Part shown: positions 27,249-37,693 of the stretch, piece after piece
Numbering within the stretch: position 1 is the stretch's first letter
Layout of the letters: every line of letters begins with the position of its first letter
Source: an uncultured delta proteobacterium
GTDB lineage: Bacteria > Desulfobacterota > RBG-13-43-22
Assembly (NCBI GenBank): GCA_963802945.1
Contig: CAWDKY010000016.1
Location: forward strand, 224,001-288,000
Direction of reading: 5' to 3'
DNA: 64,000 nucleotides
Made by a program: the position numbers and the translations under genes
The notes under the pieces: generated by a model
Seen by the model: the letters and a program-made list of their open reading frames with translations, nothing else
Databases searched by the model: none
Told to the model about the DNA's origin: nothing

Positions 27249-28199
27249 TCAGGTCTTTCTTGGCCTAAAAAGTTTTCGGATCAAAACGGGCGTGCCTTCT
27301 AAGATTCCCTCGGGCATGAATAATAAGATGGTGAGTAAGATGGCCCCATAGACCAGGATGTCGTATTGATTAAAGACCCGCAAGTACTCCGGCAGGAAAG
27401 TCAATAAGCAAGCCCCTAAAATGGCCCCCCAAATATTATGAATCCCGCCGATAACGCCCATCATGAGGAACATGATGGAAACCATCAGGTCGAAATTATT
27501 GGGAGAAATAAAAGATACAAAATGGGCATAGAGACTGCCGGCAATGGAGGCATAAACTGCGCTGAGGACAAAGATTTGAATTTTCAACAAGGAAAGATTC
27601 ACCCCCATGGCGCTGGCTGCGGTTTCGCTGCCGTGCATGGAACGAAGGGCCCGTCCGACCCGGGAATGAATGACATTCAAAGAAAAAAGAAGGGCCAGAA
27701 GATTAATGCCCCAGATCAGGTAATAAAATCGAAAACTGGTATTGAACTGAAAATTCCCCAAATGAAGGCCGGGAATATTGGATAGGCCGGAAGGCCCCCC
27801 GGTTAATTCCATCCACTCATTGAATATAATAAAGACAATTTCCCCGATTCCCAGCGTGGCCACCGCCAAATAATGTCCTTTGAGACGCAAGGCCGGGATA
27901 CCTATAATAATGGCCACCAGTACTGATAAAAAAATACCTCCCAAGAAAGATAAATAAATGGAAAATCCGAAATGGGTCGTCAATACTCCCGTACAATAGG
28001 CCCCGATCCCATAGAAAGCGGCATGCCCGAGGGAGATCTGACCGGCATAGCCCATGAGCAGGCTTAAGCCCATAACGACTAGGCTGTTAATGCCCATAAA
28101 TACCAGGACACTTAGAAAATAATCGCCACGGATAAAAAAGGGAAGGACGGCCACGGCAATGCTCAAGCCCAGAAGTTTAAAATAATTTTTTCGACCCAT
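27249..28199 (-). CDS. livM: Branched-chain amino acid ABC permease LivM
   Basis: GYAGQISLGHAAFYGIGAY, RLKGHYLAVATL, LTGGPSG. Confidence 0.92.
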   Translation of the reverse strand: MGRKNYFKLLGLSIAVAVLPFFIRGDYFLSVLVFMGINSLVVMGLSLLMGYAGQISLGHAAFYGIGAYCTGVLTTHFGFSIYLSFLGGIFLSVLVAIIIGIPALRLKGHYLAVATLGIGEIVFIIFNEWMELTGGPSGLSNIPGLHLGNFQFNTSFRFYYLIWGINLLALLFSLNVIHSRVGRALRSMHGSETAASAMGVNLSLLKIQIFVLSAVYASIAGSLYAHFVSFISPNNFDLMVSIMFLMMGVIGGIHNIWGAILGACLLTFLPEYLRVFNQYDILVYGAILLTILLFMPEGILEGTPVLIRKLFRPRKT

Positions 28200-28209
28200 G
28201 GACGACCTC

Positions 28210-29104
28210 TTAAAATTCTTTGACCTTCCCCACCTCTTCGCTGCCGAAAATGCCGCTGGGTTTGAGAAAAAGGACCAGGATCAAAATGACCAAAGCAATG
28301 GCATCCTTAAAACCTGAAGAGATAAATCCGGCCGAGAAGGACTCAACGATCCCAATAATGAAGCCGGCCACAACCGCGCCCGTTCCCAGACCCAACCCCC
28401 CGAGTACCGCCGCGCAAAAGCCTTTCAGGGCCAGCAGCGGCCCGCGGTCATATTCCATCAAGGCAATCGGGGTAATGGCCGCACCGGCGATGGCTCCCAA
28501 GGTGGCACTGAGGGCAAAAGAAAGAAGGATCATTTGGGAGACATTGATCCCCACCAGGCTGGCTGCCAAGCGGTTTCCGGCGCAGGCGCTCATGGCTTTA
28601 CCGGTTATGGTTCTATTAAAGAATAGATTCATCAGGATAACGGAGAGCAGGGAGAGACCCAAAACCCAGAATATCTGAGGCTGAATCGCCGCCCCGGCAA
28701 TCACGATGGGTTGTCCTGAAGAAAAAGGCGGAAGGCTATAAGGATTTTTCCCCCAGATAAACATGGCAATCCCGCGGAAAAAGATAGAGACGGCCACGGT
28801 TACAATGAGGAGAGTGATTAAAGAAGCTTGCTTCAGGGGATTGATGAATACCCGTTCATAAATTATTCCAATCACCGTGACCAGGGCCAAGGTGACTAAA
28901 AAAGCCAGAATTAAAGGAAGCCTCAGGGTGGCGGTCAAAAAGACCATAATCAATCCACCGAACATGACAAATTCACCTTGGGCCAGATTGATGAGCCCGG
29001 TGGCATTATAAATGATGGTAAATCCCAATCCGACCATGGCATAGATACTGCCCACGGTTAAACCCGGTCACCAGATATTGAATAATTTGACTCTGGAGAT
29101 CCAT
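28210..29104 (-). CDS. livH: Branched-chain amino acid ABC permease LivH (one extra base near 29063 shifts the N-terminus)
   Basis: ATG 29104 gives MDLQSQIIQYLVTG, which joins LTVGSIYAMVGLGF..INLAQGE after a 1-nt correction. Confidence 0.88.
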
Positions 29105-29109
29105 AAGAT

Positions 29110-29190
29110 AAGGTCCACGGTTTAAGGTTTAAGGTTCAAGGTTAAGAATTTTGGTACCAACTTGAGCCTTTACCTTCCTTACCTTGAACC
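29110..29190. repeat. Inverted heptamer array (GGTTTAA/GGTTCAA ... TTGAACC) inside the liv operon
   Basis: aggtccacggtttaaggtttaaggttcaagg ... cttgagcctttaccttccttaccttgaacc. Confidence 0.7.
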
Positions 29191-29196
29191 ATTTTA

Positions 29197-30402
29197 TTAT
29201 TTGGCAAATGCCCAATCACCTTTAACAACCTGAATCATTTCAAAGGCCGTTTGATCTAATCCGGTATGATCCAAACGGTTCATGGTAAAAATTCCGGCTG
29301 TCCCGGGCCACTTTTTGATATTGTTCTCGAGGTAATTACGAACCTTGGCCTTATCGGTACCCACATGTTTAATGGCTTCGATCAGCATATAAATCGCATC
29401 ATAGCCATAACCGCCAAAAGAGGAGACCTCGGCTTTAAACCGTTTTTCATATTCCTGGGCGTATTTGGAAAGGACCTCATATTGAAGATGATTTTTCGGC
29501 AGTTTATCCCAGACCACCAGCCGTCCCAGGGGGCAGATTACACCCTCAGCAGCTCCGCCGGCCAATTTGATATTCTCCTTGCTGCCAAATCCGTGGCTTT
29601 GATAAAGAGGAATGCCCATGGCCAGGGCTTTCCAATTTTTAGTGACCACAATCTGGGGCGGCCCGATCGACCAATTAATAACCGCCTGGGCACCAGAGGC
29701 CTTGATCCGGGTGAGTTGGGCGGTCATATCCGCATCCTTCGGCCCATAGACCTCGTCGGCCACAACGGTGATCCCGTATTTTGGGGCCATCCTTTTGAGT
29801 TCGCTTCGGCCGGTTGCCCCAAAACCGGCACTGACGGTGATGATGCCGACCTTGTATATCCTCTTTTTTTCCATATAACCATAGATAGCCTCAACGGCGG
29901 AATGATCGGTTTGGGCGGTTTTAAAGATCCAGGGCCGCTGAACTCTGGGGGTTTCAAAGGCCGCCCTGGGACTGGCAATAATGCGTTTGTATTCTTCATC
30001 CGGGGTGACGATTTGAAGGGCGGCCGCCATGGAAATCATGGGAATTTCCCCTTTTTCACAGATGGGGGCCATGGCCATAGACTCCCCCGTGGTAGAAGAA
30101 CCGATGATGGCCACGACTTGATCTTTGTCGATCAGCTTTTTCGTAGCTAGAACGGCCTCACTCTCTCCGCTTTTGGAATCTTCAATGATAATTTCAATGG
30201 GCCGCCCATTAATCCCCCCTTGCTTATTGATCCAATCCTGGACCATGAGAGCAGTATTTTTCTCAGGTTCACCTAAGAAAGAAGCCCCTCCGGTAATAGA
30301 GGCCACAAATCCAATCTTAATGGGTTCGGCCGCAGATAACGAACCAATGAATGCAAAGGGTAACAATAAAATTGCCAAGAAAACGAAATATTTTTTTTTC
30401 AT
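29197..30402 (-). CDS. ABC substrate-binding protein, LivK/LivJ family
   Basis: Signal peptide, EPIKIG, INKQGGINGRPIEIIIED, GYGYDA. Confidence 0.92.
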   Translation of the reverse strand: MKKKYFVFLAILLLPFAFIGSLSAAEPIKIGFVASITGGASFLGEPEKNTALMVQDWINKQGGINGRPIEIIIEDSKSGESEAVLATKKLIDKDQVVAIIGSSTTGESMAMAPICEKGEIPMISMAAALQIVTPDEEYKRIIASPRAAFETPRVQRPWIFKTAQTDHSAVEAIYGYMEKKRIYKVGIITVSAGFGATGRSELKRMAPKYGITVVADEVYGPKDADMTAQLTRIKASGAQAVINWSIGPPQIVVTKNWKALAMGIPLYQSHGFGSKENIKLAGGAAEGVICPLGRLVVWDKLPKNHLQYEVLSKYAQEYEKRFKAEVSSFGGYGYDAIYMLIEAIKHVGTDKAKVRNYLENNIKKWPGTAGIFTMNRLDHTGLDQTAFEMIQVVKGDWAFAK

Positions 30403-30653
30403 AAATTCCTCCTTCTTTCACTATATAATAAGTAAATTCTCCTTCGATTCGATTAAGCCCTAATTTTCATTTTCTTTATTGAAAAATTCCTTGCACTCCT
30501 TTTACTTAGACTCTCAAATATCTCCACAGTAAAGGCAGTATGTATCTTTTGGTAAAAATTGGACCTAAAGTAAAAGTGTATATTATTAATATAAATAAAT
30601 AAATCCTGTCAAGCATTTTAATTCAGAGCTTTATATATGCATTTAAACCGATT

Positions 30654-30687
30654 AGAAACCATTGGACTTTCACGTCCAATGGTTTCT
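30654..30687. repeat. Perfect 14-bp inverted repeat in the divergent liv/etf intergenic region
   Basis: AGAAACCATTGGAC-TTTCAC-GTCCAATGGTTTCT. Confidence 0.85.
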
Positions 30688-30907
30688 GATTCTCTACTTA
30701 GATTCTGATGAGGAACGTTTTTTTATCAACCGTGATTCAAAATCAAATTCCATTAAAATAAAAACTTGACACGGAAAAAAACCTTGACTATATGATGTTA
30801 GATAAAATCAATCAAAAAACTGTTGCCCGTCTGTAAAAATCGAGGGAAAATAGTAAATTATCTACCGACCCTTCCAAGCTGATTGGATGGGCAGAAAAGG
30901 AGGAAAC

Positions 30908-31702
30908 GTGAATATTTTGGTCTGTCTTAAACAAGTGCCGGATACCGAGGCCCAGATTAAAATCGATTCCGCAGGAAAGGGGATTCAAACCGGGGACATC
31001 AAGTGGGTCATGAATCCGTATGATGAATTCGGAGTGGAAGAAGCCTTGCGCATCAAGGAAAAAGCAGGAGGCAAAGTCACCGTAATCGGTGTCGGTCCCC
31101 AAAGGATGGTCGAATCCTTGCGTACGGCCCTGGCCATGGGAGCGGACGACGCCATCCATGTCGATGACCCTGCAGCCGATGGAGGAGATGCCCTGGCCAC
31201 AGCCCGTGTTTTGGCAGGGGCGATTAAACAAGTCCCTTTTGACCTTATTTTTTGCGGCCTACGGGCCGTGGATGACGATAATGCCCAAGTGGGTGCTGCG
31301 TTGTCCGAATTGTTACAAATCCCCTTATTGTCTGTTATCACCAAAGTGGAAATTTCAGATGATAAGTCCAAGGTAAAGGTTACTCGCCCGGTAGAAGGAG
31401 CCACCTGGGTCTTTGAAACCGCTTTGCCGGCTCTGATTACCGCTCAAAAAGGCTTGAATGAACCTCGCTATGCATCCTTACCAGGGATCATGAAGGCCAA
31501 AAAAAAGCCTTTGGCGGCCAAGAAACTTGGTGATATAGGCCTTTCTCCTGATCAGGTAGGCGAAAAAGGTTCCAAACTGAAAATCCGAACCTTAACCCCA
31601 CCTCCTGAACGCAAAGGAGGAAAAATTATTGAGGGAGAAACCCCCCAGGAAAAAGCAACAATTGTGGTTAAACTTTTACGCGAAGAAGCCAAAATTATTT
31701 AG
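30908..31702 (+). CDS. etfB: Electron transfer flavoprotein beta subunit
   Basis: ILVCLKQVPDT, MNPYDEFGVEEAL, ALAMGAD, NEPRYASLPGIMKAKKK; GTG after AGGAGG. Confidence 0.96.
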   Translation: MNILVCLKQVPDTEAQIKIDSAGKGIQTGDIKWVMNPYDEFGVEEALRIKEKAGGKVTVIGVGPQRMVESLRTALAMGADDAIHVDDPAADGGDALATARVLAGAIKQVPFDLIFCGLRAVDDDNAQVGAALSELLQIPLLSVITKVEISDDKSKVKVTRPVEGATWVFETALPALITAQKGLNEPRYASLPGIMKAKKKPLAAKKLGDIGLSPDQVGEKGSKLKIRTLTPPPERKGGKIIEGETPQEKATIVVKLLREEAKII

Positions 31703-31718
31703 TGAAGGAGAAAAGGCT

Positions 31719-32702
31719 ATGGCAAAAGGAATATTAGTTATTGCGGAACAAAGAGGGGGATCCCTCCGTAAGATATCGCTAGAACTGGTTAGTGAAGGAC
31801 GGCGTCTGGCCGATCAGTCAGGGCAGCCTTTGGCGGTCGCCGTTTTAGGAAATCAGATCGCCGAGGAAGCAAAAAAGCTGGCCGCTTATGGGGCAGAAAC
31901 CATTTATGTGGCCGATGCCCCCGAATTGGCGGCTTATACGCCGGAAGCTTACACAGCGGTCTTAAGTGAACTCATTAAAGCCAAGGAACCGGATATCGTA
32001 TTGGGAGGAGCTAGTCAACAGGGAAAGGAATTGGCGGCCCGTTTGGCGGCCCGTTTGGAGACGGGATTGGCTATGGATTGTACGGCCTTGCGTTTGGAAG
32101 GGGGATTATTGATTGCCAAACGCCCCATGTATGCCGGCAAAGTCATCGCCGAGGTGGTTTGTGAATCAGCCCGGCCTCAGATGGCCACCTGCCGGCCGAA
32201 TGTTTTTTCGATCCAGGAGCCTGATGCCGCTCGAACTGCTGAAACGGTGGCAGTTTCGGTTTCCATCAAACCCGAGGACCTGCGAACAACCCTGGTGGAA
32301 GAGCTTGCCGATCAAGGCGGCAAAGTGGATCTCACCGAAGCTACTTGTATCGTTTCCGGGGGCCGGGGAATGAAAGATACAGAGAACTTCGTCATTTTGG
32401 AAAAACTGGCCAGTGTTATCGGCGCTACGGTCGGCGCCTCCCGCTCGGCTGTGGATGCGGGTTGGAGACCCCAAAGCGACCAGGTCGGCCAAACAGGCAA
32501 AGTGGTCAACCCGAATCTTTATATCGCCTGCGGGATTTCAGGGGCCATACAGCATCTGGCCGGCATGGGCTCTTCCAAGGTTATTGTGGCCGTCAACAAA
32601 GATCCGGATGCCCCCATATTTCAGAAGGCCGATTACGGCATCGTCGCGGATCTTTTTGAAGTCGTACCGGTCTTGGAAGAAGAATTCAAAAAGATCATGT
32701 AA
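31719..32702 (+). CDS. etfA: Electron transfer flavoprotein alpha subunit
   Basis: VSGGRG, GASRSAVDAGW, QVGQTGK, GISGAIQHLAGM, NKDPDAPIF. Confidence 0.96.
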   Translation: MAKGILVIAEQRGGSLRKISLELVSEGRRLADQSGQPLAVAVLGNQIAEEAKKLAAYGAETIYVADAPELAAYTPEAYTAVLSELIKAKEPDIVLGGASQQGKELAARLAARLETGLAMDCTALRLEGGLLIAKRPMYAGKVIAEVVCESARPQMATCRPNVFSIQEPDAARTAETVAVSVSIKPEDLRTTLVEELADQGGKVDLTEATCIVSGGRGMKDTENFVILEKLASVIGATVGASRSAVDAGWRPQSDQVGQTGKVVNPNLYIACGISGAIQHLAGMGSSKVIVAVNKDPDAPIFQKADYGIVADLFEVVPVLEEEFKKIM

Positions 32703-32716
32703 TTAAACACCAGAAA

Positions 32717-32808
32717 AAGGGTTCGAGGGTTCCAGGATGCAGGGATTCAAGGGATTGTGCTGGGAGCATTTCACTTGAATCCCTGACTCCTCGAATCCTT
32801 GACCCCTT
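32717..32808. repeat. Inverted octamer array (GGGTTCGA/GGATTCAA ... TTGAATCC) between convergent genes
   Basis: agggttcgagggttccaggatgcagggattcaagg ... cttgaatccctgactcctcgaatccttgacccctt; same family at 43253-43320 and 46104-46140. Confidence 0.8.
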
Positions 32809-32817
32809 CCCAAACAG

Positions 32818-34695
32818 TTAAATATTCTCGACGGAAGATTTTTTCAATTTTAAGTTGAGTTTGTCGCCAGGTTTGATGTTTCCCTTGGCTGAAAGACGAT
32901 TCCAAGAACGGATTTGATGCGGAGTGGTATTAAATTTCTGGGCGATTTCAGACAGACTGTCCCCCTTTTTAACCGTATAAAGAACCCTTTTAATCCGGGT
33001 ACCTGCTTCCGCTTTTGTTTTCTTGTGGCTTAATTTTGCTGGCTTTCCGTTTTCCTGCCTGCCCTCAGGAGAAGATGTCTCCTTGCCCACAAACAAAATT
33101 AAGGAATTCCCCTGTTGAATTTTAATGCCCCGCTTAGTGCTGTTCCATTTTTTAATCATGGGGACGGCCACAGCAAATTTTTCGGCTATGGAGGTTAGAG
33201 AATCCCCTTTTTGTATTTTATAACGAATGCGAAAGGCATGTCCATTTTTCCCATTTCCCTTATGGGCAACCAAGAAAAGCTTTTTCCCCTGACGGCTTCG
33301 AGAAGCCCGGATGGATGAATTTTTTTCGAACTGATTTTCAAGATCGAGCGGTACTATTTCCGAGTAAGAACCCTGGCGTCCTGTTTTTTTAGGTATTAAC
33401 AACACCAGACCCGGATTAAGGCGTTTGCCGGTTTTTATCCTGTTGGCCTTGGCAATAACGCTGGCTTTGACTCCATATCTTTTGGCAATGGAAGCCAGCC
33501 TCTCCCCTTTCTTGACCCGGTGTTCCGCATAGGTAACCCGCGGCTTTGGTTTTATGAGTTGAGCAAAATTTTCCATCAGCTTTTCTTTGCTTCCCTCGGG
33601 AATTCGTAGGTTATAGCTGGTGGCTCCTGGAGGTGTTATCCACCTTTTTAATTCCGGATTCAGATCGACAATGGTTTCCACGTCCACCCCACAGGCTGCG
33701 GCCACATCCTTTAATTCCACATTTCCAGGAACAGTGGCTTCGTCGAAGGTAAGAGGGGGTTGGTATTGAATCTTGGAAAATCCGTACTTTTCAGGTTCTT
33801 TGGCAATCAGGGCTGCTGCAATCATTTTGGGAACATAATGTTTTGTTTCTTCTTTGATATAACTGCAATGATCGGCGGAAATTTCCCAAAAATTCTGCGC
33901 ATTATACAAGGCTAAGGCCCTGGAAATTTTACTCTCACCGGCATTGTATCCGGCTGCGGCCAAATACCAGGAACCAAAATGATTATAGAGATCGGATAAA
34001 TGTTGGGCTGCAGCCCGGGTTGATTTTATCGGATCTTTTCGTTCATCCACCCAAGAATTAACCTGGAGTCCGTAGCGGGAACCGGTTTTTTCGATAAACT
34101 GCCAAGGTCCGACGGCATGGGCGCGGGAATAGGCCTTGGTGCTGAAACCACTTTCAATCATGGCCAAATAGATCAAATCTTCCGGCAGATTGTGCTCCCG
34201 TAAGATTTTTTTCATCATCGACATATAACGTGTTGAACGGCCTATCCACAGAGAGAACCGGTTCCGAAGTTTTGTTTGGAAATAGTTGATAAAATACTCC
34301 ACCTGGTCGTTAATCACGATGGGAAAATCAAAGGATGCCTTTATTTTTTTATCCCCAGCCGTTTCAAGTTCTTTTAACTCCAAAACAACTTTTTCTTTTA
34401 TTTCTTCATGAGAGGGTTTAATGATAGGAGGAAGGTCATTGGAAACGCCCTCCCGGTTGTCGTCTTCCTGCAGAAGAGGCGGTCTAAGTTCTAATGGATT
34501 AGGTCGAGACGATGGCGGATTAGAAATTTTTGAATCTAGATCCGGAATCAGTTCCGGAACCGGAGGCGACTTGGGACCTATGGGATCGGGAGGAGTTAAT
34601 GCCAAGGCATTAGAAGGAATAGCCACAAAAAAAACAACCAATATCAAAAGCACCTTGGGTAAAACAGCTCTATTCATTCCCCCATCCTTTCTCAT
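32818..34695 (-). CDS. mltD: MltD-like lytic transglycosylase with three LysM domains
   Basis: YLAMIESGF, AVGPWQFI, VDERKDP, AAAGYNAG, ETKHYVPK; LysM repeats VKKGE/IQKGD/VKKGD; alternative start 34677. Confidence 0.92.
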   Translation of the reverse strand: MRKDGGMNRAVLPKVLLILVVFFVAIPSNALALTPPDPIGPKSPPVPELIPDLDSKISNPPSSRPNPLELRPPLLQEDDNREGVSNDLPPIIKPSHEEIKEKVVLELKELETAGDKKIKASFDFPIVINDQVEYFINYFQTKLRNRFSLWIGRSTRYMSMMKKILREHNLPEDLIYLAMIESGFSTKAYSRAHAVGPWQFIEKTGSRYGLQVNSWVDERKDPIKSTRAAAQHLSDLYNHFGSWYLAAAGYNAGESKISRALALYNAQNFWEISADHCSYIKEETKHYVPKMIAAALIAKEPEKYGFSKIQYQPPLTFDEATVPGNVELKDVAAACGVDVETIVDLNPELKRWITPPGATSYNLRIPEGSKEKLMENFAQLIKPKPRVTYAEHRVKKGERLASIAKRYGVKASVIAKANRIKTGKRLNPGLVLLIPKKTGRQGSYSEIVPLDLENQFEKNSSIRASRSRQGKKLFLVAHKGNGKNGHAFRIRYKIQKGDSLTSIAEKFAVAVPMIKKWNSTKRGIKIQQGNSLILFVGKETSSPEGRQENGKPAKLSHKKTKAEAGTRIKRVLYTVKKGDSLSEIAQKFNTTPHQIRSWNRLSAKGNIKPGDKLNLKLKKSSVENI

Positions 34696-35009
34696 TTACT
34701 AGGAGTAATCAGTGGTTGTGGTTTATAATGTTTATAATGATTGAAAAGGGAAAACTCCCTATTTATCTTATTTTATTACCATATTAATAAAAAAAAAGCA
34801 ACATAAAAATAACTCCCGAAAATAATCTATAAAGCCCCCCCCTATACTCCTTATTCCGAAGAGGGACTTACGGATTTCTCCTTTTTGATAATTGTCCGTG
34901 TTTTTCCTGCGGGAGCCGGAATCCAGGGTTTTATCCCCTTCTTTGGGTTCCCTCTTTCATAAAAATAACGGCAAAAGCAACCCCATTGTAAACTAATGGA
35001 AATGGCAGG

Positions 35010-35345
35010 TCAAAATTTAACACCGGTGATAAGATTCTCTTTTTTCAAGGCATCAAAACTTTGAAGGTCTTTTATGGCCTGGCCGATTTTATTGATATGA
35101 ATCAAAAAGTCTTCTCCGGCCTGTCCCATCCCTGGCAGAGCACTGATTCTTTGAGCTAAGGTTTCCCCTCGAGCCAACAGGGAATTGACCTTTTGACCGG
35201 GAACTTCTAATCCCTTTTGAAGCTGCTCGGAGGTCCCTCGAAGCTGGTTCAAGACTTCTAAAATTTCATCCTTGACTTGCAATAAAACATCCATGCCTTC
35301 TTCGAGAGTTTCATTTGGAGTCATTATGGATTCTCCTTGAGCCAT
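35010..35345 (-). CDS. Hypothetical helical protein
   Basis: 111-aa ORF with amphipathic composition and a plausible RBS; no recognised motif. Confidence 0.6.
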   Translation of the reverse strand: MAQGESIMTPNETLEEGMDVLLQVKDEILEVLNQLRGTSEQLQKGLEVPGQKVNSLLARGETLAQRISALPGMGQAGEDFLIHINKIGQAIKDLQSFDALKKENLITGVKF

Positions 35346-35531
35346 TGATTCCTATCCATAAAAAATTTAGGTCGTAGGGTCGATGTGCAGGTTCAAATTG
35401 GGCGAATGTATTTGTTTTCAATTCGAATGTCAAGGAATTTTAAGCCTCTTTTTTAATTATTGAATTTTTTTATTTTATCCAGTAAATAAAGGCAAGGGAA
35501 TATGTTTTGAACGTCGAGGGGAGGACTACCC

Positions 35532-37109
35532 ATTCACTTAGCCGAACTTTTATTTAAGGCTGTTCGGGCCTATCCTCAAAAGGAAGCGGTTCGCTGCCAT
35601 CAGGGAGTGTTTACCTATGAACGGTTTGCTGAAAGGGTCTTCAGACTGGCCCATTTTCTGAGAGACCGGGGATTAGGTCCAGGCTGCCAGGCGTCCATCC
35701 TGCAATACAACTGCCATGTCTTTCTGGAAGCCTACTTTGCCACTGCCCTTATTGGTGCAGTTTTGGTCCCTCTCAATTATCGCCTTTCCTCCAAGGAAAT
35801 CGAATTTATCCTTAATGACTCAGAATCCCAGCTTCTCATTATCCATTCTGATTTCTTCCCTAAAATTGAGCTGATTAAGAATTTAAATATCTCTTCCCAA
35901 AATATCCTTTTAGTAAACCGCAAAGACCGGACTCAGGCTCAGGGTTTTGATTATGAGGCCGCCCTGGGGTCCTCCTCACCGGACCCGATCCTTGATTGGG
36001 GGCCTGGAGAAGAGGCCTCGGCCCAGATTTACTACACCAGCGGTACAACCGGACGCCCCAAAGGGGTCATGCTCAGTCATAAGAATAACTTCCTCCATGC
36101 CCTGGGCACCATGGCCGAACTTCAATTGAATGATTCCGATGTCTGGATCCATGTGGCTCCCCTCTTCCATTTGGCCGATGCCTGGGCCACCTGGGCTATC
36201 ACCTGGGTAGGCGGCACCCATGTCCTGGTCAAGGAATTTGAACCCAAAACGGTTCTGGAGACTATGGTCCGGGAGAAGGTTACCCTTTCCAATATGATCC
36301 CCACCATGCTGAACCTGCTTATCCATCACCCGGATTTCCCGAACTATGCCTTCCCTCATCTTCGGGTCTTGTTAAGCGGTGGGGCTCCGATCGCCCCGGA
36401 AGTGGTCAGAAAGATCATGCAGGGTTTTGGTTGTGACTACATTCAAACTTATGGGATGACGGAAACCAGTCCCTATCTGACCCTTTCCATCTTAAAAGAA
36501 CATTTGAAAAAGTTACCTCCGGAAGAACAGTTTCAATTCAAGGCCAAGACCGGCCGTGCATTTATTGGGATTTCCCTTAAGGTCGTTCGGGAAAACGGAG
36601 AAGAAGTGCGACCGGACAATCAAGAGGTCGGTGAAATCATTGTTCGGGGAGACACGATTACCCAAGGGTACTGGAAGCTGCCGGAAGAGACCCAAAAGGC
36701 CATTAAAAACGGCTGGCTCAGTACTGGAGATCTGGCGGTCATTGATGAAGAAGGATATATCAATATTGTGGACCGGAAGAAGGACATGATTTTGACCGGC
36801 GGAGAGAATGTCTATTCCACTGAGGTTGAAAATGTTTTATACCAATTCCCTCCAATCCTTGAAGCGGCTGTCTTTGGGATCCCGGATGAAAAATGGGGCG
36901 AAGCCGTTCATGCCGCAGTGGTTTTAAAAGACGGTCAACAAGCCTCAGAGGAACAAATCATTCAGTTTTGCAAAAACAATCTGGCTCCCTTTAAGGCCCC
37001 CAAGTCGGTCACCTTTCTCGACCAATTACCTCGAACCGGTTCCGGTAAACTTTTCAAAAAAGGCCTTCGAGATCCGTTCTGGGAGAACTATAATAAAAAA
37101 GTGCACTAA
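35532..37109 (+). CDS. Long-chain fatty acid-CoA ligase (AMP-binding), probable ATT start
   Basis: YTSGTTGRPKG, YGMTET, TGDLA, DRKKDMILTGGENVY; the frame extends to ATT 35532 (IHLAELLFKAVRAYPQKEAV) 7 nt after GGAGG. Confidence 0.92.
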   Translation: MHLAELLFKAVRAYPQKEAVRCHQGVFTYERFAERVFRLAHFLRDRGLGPGCQASILQYNCHVFLEAYFATALIGAVLVPLNYRLSSKEIEFILNDSESQLLIIHSDFFPKIELIKNLNISSQNILLVNRKDRTQAQGFDYEAALGSSSPDPILDWGPGEEASAQIYYTSGTTGRPKGVMLSHKNNFLHALGTMAELQLNDSDVWIHVAPLFHLADAWATWAITWVGGTHVLVKEFEPKTVLETMVREKVTLSNMIPTMLNLLIHHPDFPNYAFPHLRVLLSGGAPIAPEVVRKIMQGFGCDYIQTYGMTETSPYLTLSILKEHLKKLPPEEQFQFKAKTGRAFIGISLKVVRENGEEVRPDNQEVGEIIVRGDTITQGYWKLPEETQKAIKNGWLSTGDLAVIDEEGYINIVDRKKDMILTGGENVYSTEVENVLYQFPPILEAAVFGIPDEKWGEAVHAAVVLKDGQQASEEQIIQFCKNNLAPFKAPKSVTFLDQLPRTGSGKLFKKGLRDPFWENYNKKVH

Positions 37110-37219
37110 GGTGGTCCACCATCCTCCATCTGCACTCTTAAAAGATCCATATCTCAATAAAGTAAAAGGCCAAGACAAAAGGCCCTAATACAAATTAAGG
37201 GAACAGTTGTGATTAGAGA

Positions 37220-37681
37220 TCAATGATCCAAAATCTCAATCGCCTTATAGGATGTCCAGGTCCCCCCTTCGTCTCCCCTGACCGTATAGCCGACCACTCT
37301 TATTTTCAAACCCTGCTTTAGATAGTTTTGATCGTTGTGGTTAATTTTCAACAAAATAAAGGAAGGTCTGTCTTTTGGGCCCTTGCTTTTTAAGGCCGCC
37401 TGGTCGATGTATCTGGTCATTGTAACCGCTGTTTCAATGGTCACTCCATCATAGTCTGTTAAATGAACAAGAAAATGTGCCGGTCTTAGTCGGTCATGTC
37501 CCGCCGAACCTGACATCTCTGGATGTCCTTTGATCTTTTGTTCTGGAACCCAGGTTATCTCACTCACTTTTCCGGTCACATCAACCGGACCTACGGGTCT
37601 GATAGGAAAGGCCAAGGTATTCATAACCATGACCATTAAAAAGAAACAAACAGCCATGGATATCTGAACTATTTTTATCAT
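37220..37681 (-). CDS. Exported hypothetical protein (possible OB-fold)
   Basis: Signal peptide ending TLA-F; beta-rich; ends VVGYTVRGDEGGTWT. Confidence 0.7.
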   Translation of the reverse strand: MIKIVQISMAVCFFLMVMVMNTLAFPIRPVGPVDVTGKVSEITWVPEQKIKGHPEMSGSAGHDRLRPAHFLVHLTDYDGVTIETAVTMTRYIDQAALKSKGPKDRPSFILLKINHNDQNYLKQGLKIRVVGYTVRGDEGGTWTSYKAIEILDH

Positions 37682-37693
37682 TCTACCATCCGC

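Noticed and set aside
29266-30150. 294-aa ORF on + strand (likewise 38429-39262, 11890-12555, 52729-53400 and 59142-59771)
   Set aside because: Antisense shadows of well-supported genes
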